From NCBI GenBank assembly GCA_963769425.1, contig CAVYLP010000006.1:416001-480000 (forward strand): 64,000 nt of DNA. The letters run 5' to 3'. Made by a program: the position numbers and the translations under genes. The DNA comes from Candidatus Bathyarchaeota archaeon. GTDB lineage: Archaea > Thermoproteota > Bathyarchaeia > TCS64. Under the pieces are notes generated by a model. The model worked only from the letters and a program-made list of their open reading frames with translations, was not told the origin of the DNA and did not search any database. Shown in pieces: positions 18,984 to 31,302 of this stretch; position 1 is the first letter of the stretch; each line of letters starts with the position of its first letter.

Positions 18984-19695
18984 TCAGTCTTCGTTTGCTT
19001 GGGTCGTGTAGGTGATGACAGCAGAGAGCAGGGAAATGCCGGCTATCGCCGAGAACATGTAGAGTGGCTTGGGGGTGCGCCGTCCCCGATTATCGTGGAC
19101 GCTATTACGGGCCCAATCGCGGTTCCGATGTGCCACGCCCCTCGTCACTGCGGTTTCGCCGTCTTCATCTTCAGTATAAGGGATAGAGGCACGAACATCA
19201 CGCCCTGCATAAGGATGGATGGGTACCGAGGATGAGGCTGTCGCCGCCGATCCCCGGAGAAACTAGGTTACCGATCGTCGAGCCCGCTATCTGGTATCCT
19301 AGCTGCTCCCTGAGCATTTTCGGCGGGGAGACTATGCCAACGACGACGAAGAGTATAGTGCTCAATCCGCCGAAGAGACTCTGAATTATCCTGAAGGCGA
19401 CTAGCTGGATGACATTAATAGAGAACGCCATCCCCGCGTAGGTGAGGATGTTCCCCGCCAAGACGATGATGAGGACTCTCTTCGTCCCGACCTTATCGCA
19501 TATCCAGCCCCAGATGGGGGCCGTTATCGCCATCCCTCCGAACCAGGCGAAGTTAGACACACTCGACCAGTACGTAGAGCTGATGAGAGACTCACCGAGG
19601 TCCTTGTTTATGAAGAGGGGCATGAAGCTCTGCATCAACCCGAAGGCGACCGAGACCGTGAACTGGGCCACGAGGGCCAGTTTGAGGGTGTCCAT
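18984..19695 (-). pseudogene. MFS transporter pseudogene with internal deletion and frameshifts
   Basis: Motif A (WGWICDKVGTKR) and TM1-5 intact. Shifted frames then give YPSILMQGVMFVPLSLIL, HIGTAIGPVIASTII and LYMFSAIAGISLLSAVITY-stop. Only ~710 bp. Confidence 0.75.
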
Positions 19696-19895
19696 CTCCC
19701 TCATCCACCCAGACAAAGCACCATCGAAAGCTGCACAGACGTCAACTCCCTCGGAGGCCACGGACCCCTCGGAGATTGGAACGGGGTTCAGCTTTGGGGA
19801 TTTAAAGAATTTGGTCCACATACGGTTAAGACAGTGTAAGCGACCGGGGGAAGACTTATCCTAAACAGGTAGAGTACCTGAAAAGGATTCGAGAA

Positions 19896-20818
19896 ATGAA
19901 GGTATCCAGATGTCCTCATCCTAGTGGTACTCGGGACCACTGCTACTCTCGCTCACAGCCACACCCGTGAAGGCCCAGAGCACACCCCCGCAGATTCTCA
20001 CCGGCGTGAGGCTCATGAACGTGCAGAAGGTCGACCTCGCGTCCAATACCTACACACTCGACTTCTACCTCTGGTTCAGCTGGGAACCAACCCAGTTCAC
20101 GATGAAACAGATCCAAGACTTCGAGTTCCTGAACGGCGCACCCATCGATGACCCCCGTCTACGTTGACGAGGCCTCGGGCTTCCTCGAATACAGGGTCAA
20201 GGGCGACTTCGTCAAGACCTTCGACTTCTCCAAGTACCCCTTCGAGACCCAGGACCTTCAGGTCAAGATCGAGCACAAGAACATGAACTCCACTGCCCTC
20301 GCCTACGTCGCCGACTCGGACTCGAGCCTCGACAGCGGGGTCAACGTCGTCGGCGGGACCTTACCGGCTTCTCGGTGAACTCCGTGAGAGCACGCCTTTA
20401 GCGGCAACGTGATGAGCAACTTCGTCTTTGACCTACAGGTCACCCGCCCATTCTTCAGTAGCCTCGTGAAGAACGTGCTGCCGATAACAGTCATCACGAT
20501 AATCGGGCTGCTAACCTTCCTCATCCACCCGAAGAACTTCGGGCAACGCATCGGGCTCGCGGTGAGCACACTCATGGCGGCGTCCGCGGCGCACCTCTCC
20601 CTGCTCAGCGCCCTCCCACCGACGGGCTATCTGACCCTCGCGGACAGGATGATGTTGATAGTCTACATCATCTTCCTCTTCAACCTCGCACCTCGGTCTA
20701 TATCATGAGGCTCGTTGACCAAGACAAGATTGAGCAGGCAGGGAAGTTCAACGGGCAGGCGGCAAAGATGCTAGTCGTGATAACAGTGGCTATGGTGGTC
20801 GCCCAGGCATTCTTCTAG
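19896..20818 (+). pseudogene. Prokaryotic pentameric ligand-gated ion channel (GLIC/ELIC-like), about 6 frameshifts
   Basis: Stitched: signal peptide; NVQKVDLASNTYTLDFYLWFSW; FEFLNG; YRVKGDF; FSKYPFETQDL (Pro-loop); M1 NVLPITVI; M2 QRIGLAVSTLMAASAAH; LPPTGYLTLAD; M4 AKMLVVITVAMVVAQAFF. Confidence 0.85.
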
Positions 20819-20893
20819 GCGTCAACAATCCTTCATTTTAGCCAATCGCCAACTTTAACCGTCCCTGAATCATCATTTGACAGGGAATCTATT

Positions 20894-21337
20894 TTGTCGG
20901 ATGACGTCACAGCAAGGGTGCTCGATGAGTACCTACACGACTCCCGTCAATCCATAAGAGAGGTGGCGAGGAAGGTTGGGGTCTCTTCGGGGACCGTTGC
21001 ATCGAGGCTAAAGGAAATGGAGGATGCTGGAGTCATACGCCGCTACTCTGCTATACTCGACTATGAGAAGCTCGGCTACGAGCTCACCGCCATAACCGAG
21101 ATCACCGTCTCCGACGGCAAGATGATCGAAGTGGGGGAGGCCATCTCGAAGCTGAGCCAGGCAACGGGCGTTTACAATGTGACGGGGGACGCCGATATTA
21201 TGATAGTTGGAAAGTTCCGCACCCGGAAGGAGCTGAGCGATTTCACGAAGATGATCCTAACTATCCCCCACGTGCTCCGGACGAAAACCCACCTCGTCTT
21301 GAACACTATGAAGGAGGACTTCAGCTCCATCCCCTAG
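20894..21337 (+). CDS. Lrp/AsnC family transcriptional regulator
   Basis: DSRQSIREVARKVGVSSGTVASRL HTH; VYNVTGDADI RAM domain. Confidence 0.92.
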   Translation: MSDDVTARVLDEYLHDSRQSIREVARKVGVSSGTVASRLKEMEDAGVIRRYSAILDYEKLGYELTAITEITVSDGKMIEVGEAISKLSQATGVYNVTGDADIMIVGKFRTRKELSDFTKMILTIPHVLRTKTHLVLNTMKEDFSSIP

Positions 21338-21465
21338 GGGGGAGAATGCGCCCAGAACCATTTACTTGAATAGTTGGTTACAGGTTCCTCAGGTGGGATT
21401 CTAGTTATAGGTCACTCAGTAACGACTTTATTGCGTAATAATTTGAAAGAGCCGCAACGAGACCC

Positions 21466-21657
21466 GATTCCTAGTGGCAGGTGCAAAAAACGATGAATTT
21501 CCGGGATACCACCCTACTAGGAATCAGATTCCTAGTGGCAGGTATCAGGGGGTCGAGGTGAGCACTCCGCGATTCCACCCTACTAGGTATGGGATTCCTA
21601 GCCACAGGTGCGAGCTATACCACCCTAGTAGGAATCCGGTTCCTAGTGGCAGGTATC
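21466..21657. repeat. Cluster of 3.5 imperfect 42-bp palindromic repeats
   Basis: Consensus ~GATACCACCCTACTAGGAATCnGATTCCTAGTGGCAGGTATC at 21505-21546, 21571-21612 and 21616-21657; half copy at 21466-21485. Confidence 0.88.
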
Positions 21658-21881
21658 CACGCGGGATAGTTTCCATGAATTCTGAAGCTGATCTTTGGAG
21701 CCTAATCAGAGTCTGATAAACCTCTTTTTACCATCACCCTCTTAAAAACTATCAAAAACATTGGAAAGGAAACCGCGAAATAGGAGGTTCAAGATATATC
21801 GGAGCACTTCTACTATTCTTCCTATTATCCACGTCTACAAGAAATAGGTAAATTACTAATGCGAGCTGCACATAACAGAAA

Positions 21882-22884
21882 ATGGTGCCGGTTTTGAAGC
21901 GTGTTGAAATGCTATACCTATCACAGGAAGACATCTTGGAAATGGGGATCCCGCTTAGTGAGATCATCCCCCTCGTCGAGACAGGGCTTAGGGAGCACGG
22001 CCTTGGTCAGGTGGAGAATCCGCCGAAGCCGGGCATACATGCTAAGAGTAACAGCTTCATTCACGCCATGCCCGCCTACTACCGGAAGCTGGGAATAGGA
22101 GGTATAAAGTGGGTTAGCGGCTATCCCAGCAACAGGGAGTTAGGACTTCCCCAGATACTCGGCGTCATGATCACGAATGACATGGAAACGGGTGTCCCAA
22201 CCTCGATAATGGACTGCAGATGGATCACCGCCGTGAGGACAGCTGCTGTCTCCGCGGTGACGGCGAAGTTTTGCGCCTCGAAGGGGTCAACGACTCTCGG
22301 GGTCATCGGCTGCGGCGTTCAGGGCAGGATGACCCTGAGCGCACTCAAGGAGATGGTCCCCACGCTTTCGAAGGTCAAGGCCTATGACGTCAACCCTGAA
22401 GCCTCCAAGAGGTATAAAATCGACCTTGAGAAGGAGGCGGGCGTTGACATAACTCCGGTCAAGAGCGTCGAGGAGGCGGCGAATGGTTCTGACCTAATCC
22501 TCACAGCGACGCAGCGCCTCCCCCAGCCGTTGGTTAGGAACGAGTGGTTCAAGCCGGGCGCCCTCGGTATGGGGCTGGAGGCAAGCAGAGCTTGGTATGG
22601 GGACGCCATACTGAAAGCAGACAAGTTTGTCACCGACAGCTGGGAGCAGACCGAGCACTTCCATGAGCAAGGCGCTTTCCCCGATGGAATGCCAAGGCTC
22701 TACGCCGAGTTGGGTGAGATAGTGGCGGGGAAGAAGAAGGGGAGAGAGAGACCCGAAGGAGCGCATTCTTGCCATAAACATAGGCCTCGCCCTTGAAGAT
22801 GTTATAGTAGCTGACTACGTCTACAAGAAGGCGGAGAAGGATGGGGGCTACAAGAAGCTCACACTGATGGAGCGTGACTTCTAA
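21882..22884 (+). CDS. Ornithine cyclodeaminase/mu-crystallin (archaeal alanine dehydrogenase) family, frameshift ~22757
   Basis: HAMPAY, GIKWVSGYPSN, ITAVRTAAVSAV, GVIGCGVQG. Shifted frame continues ERILAINIGLALEDV to TAA 22884. Start uncertain. Confidence 0.88.
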
Positions 22885-22909
22885 AACCCCATTTCAAATC
22901 TGAATAGGT

Positions 22910-23968
22910 TTAGGGTTTGAGGTAGGCCTTCAGATACTTCACCATGGGCTTGCCGAGGGCCTTCTCGACGGGCTCGTATATCTCAGGGTACCGGTTGCCG
23001 TCGCCGACCTTGATCTTCTCCTTAGGGACGTTGACGAGGTAGACCTCGTCCCCCTTCTTGAGGGCGGCGCTTGTGACGGGGTTCCCCTCGCCGTCGAAGG
23101 TGGTCATCAGGTCGGGGAACGTCGCGAGACGTTTCCCCCCGTTCTCAAGGGTCATGTACTCGTTGACGTAGCTTAGCTCCCACGTCTCCTCCCCCTTGAT
23201 GGTCATGACGCCGACGTCGAAGCCTCCCCTCGCCTCAGTTGTCATCTCGACTATCTTGCCGGTTTCGATGAGTTCGCCGCCGAGGAACTTGGCCGCCGCC
23301 TTGACAGCTGGTTCACCCTTCTTCGCTTTGAGGTAGGCCTTGCCGAGGTCGATGGCCTGCTGGATGGCCCCAGGGGCGCCGTGCTCGAGGCACCATTCGA
23401 CCGGTATCGGGTCCCTAGCCATGGCTATGAGGGCCTTGCAGTCGCCCGCCATGAATCGGATCTGATTGCTCGTGCGCTGGAGGGTGCCCCAGCAGATCAT
23501 CTCGGCGCCTTCGGTGGCACCCGCCTTGACGGAGTTGTAGTCGAGGCGGTGTATGCCCATGCTGCCCATCATCGCAGTGGGGTGAGCTCTACCGTCGCCC
23601 GGGGTATCCACGACGGGCAGCCCAAGGGCCGCGGCGGGTATCCAGCCGCCGAAGCTGTTCTGGCCACCGTTCTCAGCGGCGATGACGCCGTCGAACTCTA
23701 CGCCCGCCTCCCAGAGCATCTGTACAGCGCGTATGAAGTGGCGCGCCTTCGTCTCTCCTTTCTGGGTGGGGGCACCGAGGGCAGCGACGGTGATCACATT
23801 CCACTCGGGTGGCGTCTCCTCGGGCGACCAGAGCTCGACGCCTCCGAGCTCCATTGCGAGCATCCCAGCAGCTCGCCCCTCCGAGGGCCAGCCACCACCG
23901 CCCCCACCGAGGATAGTCCCACCGATTGTCAGCGCCTCAACGTCCTCAACCGTGATCTTTCTTGGCAT
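22910..23968 (-). CDS. DUF917 family protein
   Basis: GGTILGGGGGG, AENGGQNS, DGRAHP, GGFDVG, NEYM, ATFPDLMT. Own ATG at 23968; appears fused to the oxidoreductase in the ORF track only because of a frameshift. Confidence 0.82.
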   Translation of the reverse strand: MPRKITVEDVEALTIGGTILGGGGGGWPSEGRAAGMLAMELGGVELWSPEETPPEWNVITVAALGAPTQKGETKARHFIRAVQMLWEAGVEFDGVIAAENGGQNSFGGWIPAAALGLPVVDTPGDGRAHPTAMMGSMGIHRLDYNSVKAGATEGAEMICWGTLQRTSNQIRFMAGDCKALIAMARDPIPVEWCLEHGAPGAIQQAIDLGKAYLKAKKGEPAVKAAAKFLGGELIETGKIVEMTTEARGGFDVGVMTIKGEETWELSYVNEYMTLENGGKRLATFPDLMTTFDGEGNPVTSAALKKGDEVYLVNVPKEKIKVGDGNRYPEIYEPVEKALGKPMVKYLKAYLKP

Positions 23969-24030
23969 GATTATCCAGCTAGAAAAAGCGGGGGACCAGA
24001 TATAATACTTGAACCCCGGGGAAAGTGTGG

Positions 24031-26131
<2,101 letters not shown>

Positions 26132-26132
<1 letters not shown>

Positions 26133-26410
26133 TACTTCTTCGCCTCCTGCTTCATCTCTATCGCCTTCTGTGGGCACTCGTTGGCGCAGACGCCACAGCC
26201 CTTGCAGAAGCGCATGTCTATCTTCGGCTTGACCTTCGGCTTGCCCGTTATGGCAGCCTCGGGGCAGATGGTCACGCAGAGGCCGCAGGCGACGCATTTC
26301 GCCTCGTCGATCTCCGGCATCAGTACACGCCAGTTACCGACGTATTGGCCACCCCTCGTGGTCGTGTCCATGAGGGCGAATCCCTTGATCACACTCTTGT
26401 CCTGGCTCAC
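26132..26410 (-). CDS. 2-oxoacid:ferredoxin oxidoreductase delta subunit (2x[4Fe-4S])
   Basis: [36 protein letters not shown]. Confidence 0.93.
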
Positions 26411-26967
26411 AGCGTCTTCACCTCGACGGTGTCGTACCCCATCTTGACCGCCCCCTTGTTCGTGGCGGCGAGCTTCGCAGGGAACCTCTTGTCGATGGCC
26501 TTGTCGATGGACTCCAGCTTCAGCAGCCCCGTCGCCTTGGCGAACGCACCCAGCATCACCGTGTTGGGGATGGGGCGCCCTATGACGCGCTGGGCGATCC
26601 CCGTCGCGTCAACGACGGCGATCTTACCCAGCTTCGCCTTGAACAGTTTCGCGGCCTCGACCGCTTTCTTCGGCGTGTTGTAGACGACGGTGCCTCCAGG
26701 GACCAAGCCCGTTGTGACGTCCATGATCTCCGGCATCGGCGGGTCAAGCACAATCAGGTACTTGGGGTAGTAGATCATGGATCGGGTCGCCTCCGACTCG
26801 TCCCCTATCTGGGCGAAGGCGAGGACTGGCGCGCCTCGCCTCGCTGACCCGTACATGGGGAAGGCGCGGCAGAACTTGCCCTCGTAGGAGGCAGCTATCG
26901 CGATGAGCTCGCCGGCAGCGACGACGCCTTGGCCGCCCTGACCGTGGAGCCTAATTTCCTCTACCAT
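26407..26967 (-). CDS. 2-oxoacid:ferredoxin oxidoreductase gamma subunit
   Basis: EIRLHGQGGQGVV, YGSARRGAPV, PNTVMLGAF. Confidence 0.93.
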   Translation of the reverse strand: MVEEIRLHGQGGQGVVAAGELIAIAASYEGKFCRAFPMYGSARRGAPVLAFAQIGDESEATRSMIYYPKYLIVLDPPMPEIMDVTTGLVPGGTVVYNTPKKAVEAAKLFKAKLGKIAVVDATGIAQRVIGRPIPNTVMLGAFAKATGLLKLESIDKAIDKRFPAKLAATNKGAVKMGYDTVEVKTL

Positions 26968-27185
26968 GGTTCAAACCTCATAAACATCTACGGGTCGAGG
27001 CACGGGACCCGGCGAGGCTAAGCGACTCTGCCTTGACCATCCTCGACTCCATGGAACTTCGGTTGAACCGGTTATAAGGTTTCTCAGAGTCCGAATATAC
27101 ACTATTTATTCCTAGAGGGTTTTCGGGCCGGTTAAGTGAGGGCGTAACCGTTAATATCGCGGCGGTATTAGCGTCTTCGATAGCC

Positions 27186-28392
27186 TTGCTAGACTCAAAG
27201 AAGTTCTACTCGAAGCTCGGCAACATGTACCCCCCCAGCCCTATGAACTCGATACTCCTCCCCAAGCCCGGGGTGAAGATGATCAGGTTCACGGGCGGAA
27301 GCTACGACGTCCCAAGCCTCCCAACGGCTGAGGTTAAGAGGATATTCGAAGAGGCCTCCCCAGCGGCGTGGGCCGAGATGCTCCAGTACGGGGGCACCGC
27401 GGGGATGCCGAGTCTCCTCAACGAGCTCTCCAAGTTCATGGCGGGGCACAAGATCAAGGCCGACCCCGGCAAGGAGATCATAGTCACGACGGGCAGCCAG
27501 GAGGCCATAGACCTCGTCAGCAGGGTCTTCATCGACAAGGGGGACAACATCCTCATCGGCGCCCCCACCTACCTGCAGGCACTCTCATCCTTCAGGGCCC
27601 AGTACCCCAAGTTCGTCGACATACCCATCGACGCAGAGGGCATGGACACGCAGGTTCTCGAGGAGAAGGCGAAGAAACTCAAGGCGCAGGGCAAGAGGGC
27701 GAAGCTCCTCTACATCATACCCAGCTTCCAGAACCCCGACAGCAGCCTCATGACGATGGAGAGAAGAAAGGCGGTGCTGGAGCTCGCGGAGAAGTACGAC
27801 TTCATAATCTTCGAGGACAACCCCTACGGCTACATCAGCTTCGAGGGGCCGATGCCCACGCCCCTAGCGGGGATGGACAAGTCGGGTCGCGTCATGTACA
27901 CGAGCACCTTCAGCAAGATGGTCAGCCCCGGTATGAGGATCGGCTGGATCACCGCCAACCCCGACTTCACCGGCCACATGATCGAGGCGAAGAACAACAT
28001 CAGCATCTGCAACGACGGCCTCAGCCAGTACGCCGCCGCAGAGCTGTTCAAGCGCGGAGACGTTGAGCGCCAGATCCCGAAGGTGACCAAGGTCTACAGG
28101 AAGAAGAGGGACGTGATGCTCGAGGCCATGGAGACGAGCTGGCCAAAGAAGGCGAAGTGGGAGACGCCGAAGGGCGGCCTCTTCCTCTGGGTCAAGCTCC
28201 CTAAGACCTTCAGCACCGACGAGCTCCTGAAGGAGGCGGTGGCAAAGGGCGTCGCCTTCGTCCCCGGGAGCCTCTTCTTCAGCAAGCCCGTCCACAACTA
28301 CATGCGCCTCAACTACAGCCTCCCCAGTCGAGGAGGACATAGTCACGGGGATACAGACGCTGGGCAGGATGCTGAAGGAGAAGCTCAAGTAG
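27186..28392 (+). CDS. PLP-dependent class I aminotransferase (LysN/Aro8-like), frameshift ~28325
   Basis: TTGSQEAID, PSFQNP, EDNPYG, STFSKMVSPGMRIGW, MRLNYS. Shifted frame ends EDIVTGIQTLGRMLKEKLK-stop. Confidence 0.9.
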
Positions 28393-28413
28393 CCCTTTCT
28401 TGTGGTGTCGACC

Positions 28414-28977
28414 ATGGTCAACGCCCTCATCGTCTACGGGACCCGCCTCGGTACGACGGCCAGCACCTCTGAGGAGATTGCGAAGGTCCTCCGCGAGGAG
28501 GGATTGGAGGTACGTGTGGTCGATGCAAAGAAGGAGAAGGTCAAGGACGTAGCCGGATACGACCTCGTCCTTGTCGGCAGCGGCATAGCGATGGGCAAGT
28601 GGATGGGCGAGCCCGAGGACTTCCTGAAGAAGTTCCGGGGAGAGCTTGTTGGAAAAAAGGTGGCGCTCTTCGTCTCCTGCGGCTCCGCCTCCCCCTCACC
28701 GACCGCTAAACCAGAGGCGGTCGCGCAGGCGAGGAAGAATTACCTCGACGACAAGGCGGCACAGTACGGCCTGAACCCCATCGCCCTGGGTTTCTTCGGA
28801 GCCGCCTACGACTACAACAACATGCCCTGGTGGGCGAGTATGTTCATGAAATCAGCCAAGAAGGACCTCATGGCATCCGGCGCCAGGGAGACGAAGCCGG
28901 GCCTCTATGACTCGAGGGACTGGGACGCGATACGCGGTTGGGCGAGGGAACTAGCCGCCAAGGCGCGCTCAGGCTAG
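28414..28977 (+). CDS. Flavodoxin-domain protein (HemG-like)
   Basis: LIVYGTRLGTT, YDLVLVGSGI, VALFVSC, DSRDWDAIRGWA. Confidence 0.85.
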   Translation: MVNALIVYGTRLGTTASTSEEIAKVLREEGLEVRVVDAKKEKVKDVAGYDLVLVGSGIAMGKWMGEPEDFLKKFRGELVGKKVALFVSCGSASPSPTAKPEAVAQARKNYLDDKAAQYGLNPIALGFFGAAYDYNNMPWWASMFMKSAKKDLMASGARETKPGLYDSRDWDAIRGWARELAAKARSG

Positions 28978-29012
28978 CATCCTGATAAGCAACTGAGTGC
29001 CCCTTTTTCCGT

Positions 29013-29597
29013 ATGGTTAAGGTCCTAGGCATAGTTGGCAGCCCGCGCCGTGGCGGGAACACGGAGATTTTGGTAAAGACCGCGCTCGAGTCGGCGCAGA
29101 CCGCCGGCGCAGAGACGGAGATGATACGCCTCGCCGAGAAGAAGGTCGGCCCCTGCGACGGCTGCGCATCCTGCGCCAAGACAAAGAAGTGTAAGTTCAA
29201 CGACGACTTCGCAGAGGTCTTCGACAAGATGGCGGCCGCGGACGCGATCCTCTTCGCGAGCCCGAGCTACTTCGAGTCGGTCACGCCGCAGATGAAGGCG
29301 TTAATCGACAGGGCAGGCTTCTTCAACAACCGCGCCACGGGGAGGCACGCCTTCGACGGCAAGGTCGGCGGCGCAATGGCCGTCGCCTACAGGACCGGCC
29401 TCGCCACCACTTGGTGCCAGATGCTCATCTTCATACTCGCCCAGAGGATGATCGTCCCCGGCATAGCCAGCTTCCCCAACGCCGTCGCCAGCGAGCCAGG
29501 CGACGTCCTCAAGGACAAGGAGGGGATGGATAAGGCGAGGGAGATCGGGGAGGCCATGGCGAAGCTGGCCCAGAGGCTAGCCAAGACCAAAGACTAA
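29013..29597 (+). CDS. Iron-sulfur flavoprotein (Isf)/NADPH-dependent FMN reductase family
   Basis: GSPRRGGNT, CDGCASCAKTKKC, ASPSYF, MKALIDR. Confidence 0.9.
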   Translation: MVKVLGIVGSPRRGGNTEILVKTALESAQTAGAETEMIRLAEKKVGPCDGCASCAKTKKCKFNDDFAEVFDKMAAADAILFASPSYFESVTPQMKALIDRAGFFNNRATGRHAFDGKVGGAMAVAYRTGLATTWCQMLIFILAQRMIVPGIASFPNAVASEPGDVLKDKEGMDKAREIGEAMAKLAQRLAKTKD

Positions 29598-29667
29598 AAC
29601 CGCCTTTTTGCAGCTAATGCTAAACCATTTATCGCCTCCCCGCCCACCTCGTATCCGGTGACTGGTT

Positions 29668-31250
29668 CTGCGATACGACATACTCTTCGAGGGCGGGCAC
29701 GTCGTTGACGGCTCGGGTAACATCTGGTTTAAGGCCGATGTAGGCGTCGTCGGCGACAGGATCGAGGCCATAGGCGACCTGAAGGGGGTCTCCGCGGCGA
29801 GGAAGGTGGACGCTAAGAGGCACATGATCGCCCCGGGCTTCATGGATATACACAGCCACAGCGACATCCCCCTACTCATCGACCCCCGCGTCGAGTCCAA
29901 GGTCTACCAGGGCATAACCGTCGAGGTGGTCGGTAATTGTGGGACATCCGCTGCGCCGATGAACAAGTCGGTCAAGGCTTACAGGGAGAAGTACGGGCGC
30001 GGTGGCGTCCCCGATGACTTCAAGCTCGACTGGGCAACGATGGGCGACTACATGGACCGCGTCGACAGGCAGGGCGTCGCTTTCAACGTGGCGACGTGGG
30101 TCGGCCATGGCACCGTCCGCCAGAACGTGCTCGGCTATGAGGACAGGGAGCCCACAGACGCGGAGCTCAAGAAGATGAAGAGGTTCGTCGACGACGCCAT
30201 GAGCGACGGCGCCTACGGGATGAGCACGGGCCTCATCTACCCGCCGAGCGTCTACGGGAAGACACCGGAGCTCATTGAGCTCGCGAAGGTCTCCGCGAAG
30301 CACGGCGGCCTCTACGCGAGCCACATCAGGGGTGAGGAGGACTACTCCCTCATCCCCGCTGTGAAGGAGGCGATAGAGATCGGTGAGAAGGCGGGTCTCC
30401 CCGTTCAGATAGCCCACTTCAAGGCGAGCGGCAAGAAGGCGTGGGGGATGGTGAAGCAGAGCCTCGCCCTCGTCGAGGAGGCACGCGCCCGCGGCGTCGA
30501 CGTAGCCTTTGACCAGTACCCCTACATAGCGTCGAGCACCGGACTCGCCGCAGTGCTCCCCCACTGGGCACACGAGGGGGGACCCGAGAAGATGATGGAG
30601 CGCCTGCGCGACCCCGAGCTCCGGAAGACGGATGTGGAAGGAGCAGAGGATCGACCGCGACTGGGACGGCGTCCTCGTGGTGTTCGCCAAGAATAACCCG
30701 CAGTACAACGGGAAGACCATCGCAGACATAGCGAAGGAGCAGGGGAAGAAGCCGCAGGAGGCGGCCTACGACCTTCTGCTCGCGGAGAACACGGTCGTCC
30801 CCGCCGTGATGTTCGGGATGTCGGAGGAGGACGTGAAGTACGTCATGAAGAGCCCAATCGGGATGGTGGGGAGCGACGGCTCCGCCATAAGCCCGAAGGG
30901 CATCCTCGGCATCGGGAAGGCCACACCCCCGCTACTACGGCACCTTCCCGCGCGTCCTCGGAAAGTACGCCCGGGAGGAGAAGGTGATCAGCATGGAGGA
31001 GGCGGTGAGGAAGATGACGAGCGCCCCCGCTCTTCGCCTCGGCCTCAAGGACCGCGGCCTCCTACGCGAGGGCTACAAGGCGGACGTGGTCGTCTTCGAC
31101 CCCCTGACGGTGAAGGACGAGGCGACCTTCACGGACCCGCACAGATTCCCAACGGGCATCCCCTACGTCGTATGCAACGGCGTCTTCACCATAGACAAGG
31201 GGAAGCACACGGGGAAGCTCCCCGGTAGGATGCTCCGCAAGGGGAAGTAG
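29668..31250 (+). CDS. N-acyl-D-amino-acid deacylase (D-aminoacylase), frameshifts ~30628 and ~30920
   Basis: VVDGSG, APGFMDIHSHSD, VGNCG, STGLIYPP, SHIRGE, VGSDG, HPRYYGTFPRVLG after correction. Start uncertain. Confidence 0.9.
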
Positions 31251-31302
31251 CACCCGGAAACCGTCTTATCCTCGGGTGCGCCGTTTCTCACCGACAGGCC
31301 CC

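Noticed and set aside
21466-21657. Canonical CRISPR array
   Set aside because: Spacers of 3-24 bp, degenerate repeats and no cas genes in the window; kept as a palindromic repeat.
21474-21716. 80-aa ORF as a real protein
   Set aside because: Explained by translation of the DNA palindromes; no other coding evidence.
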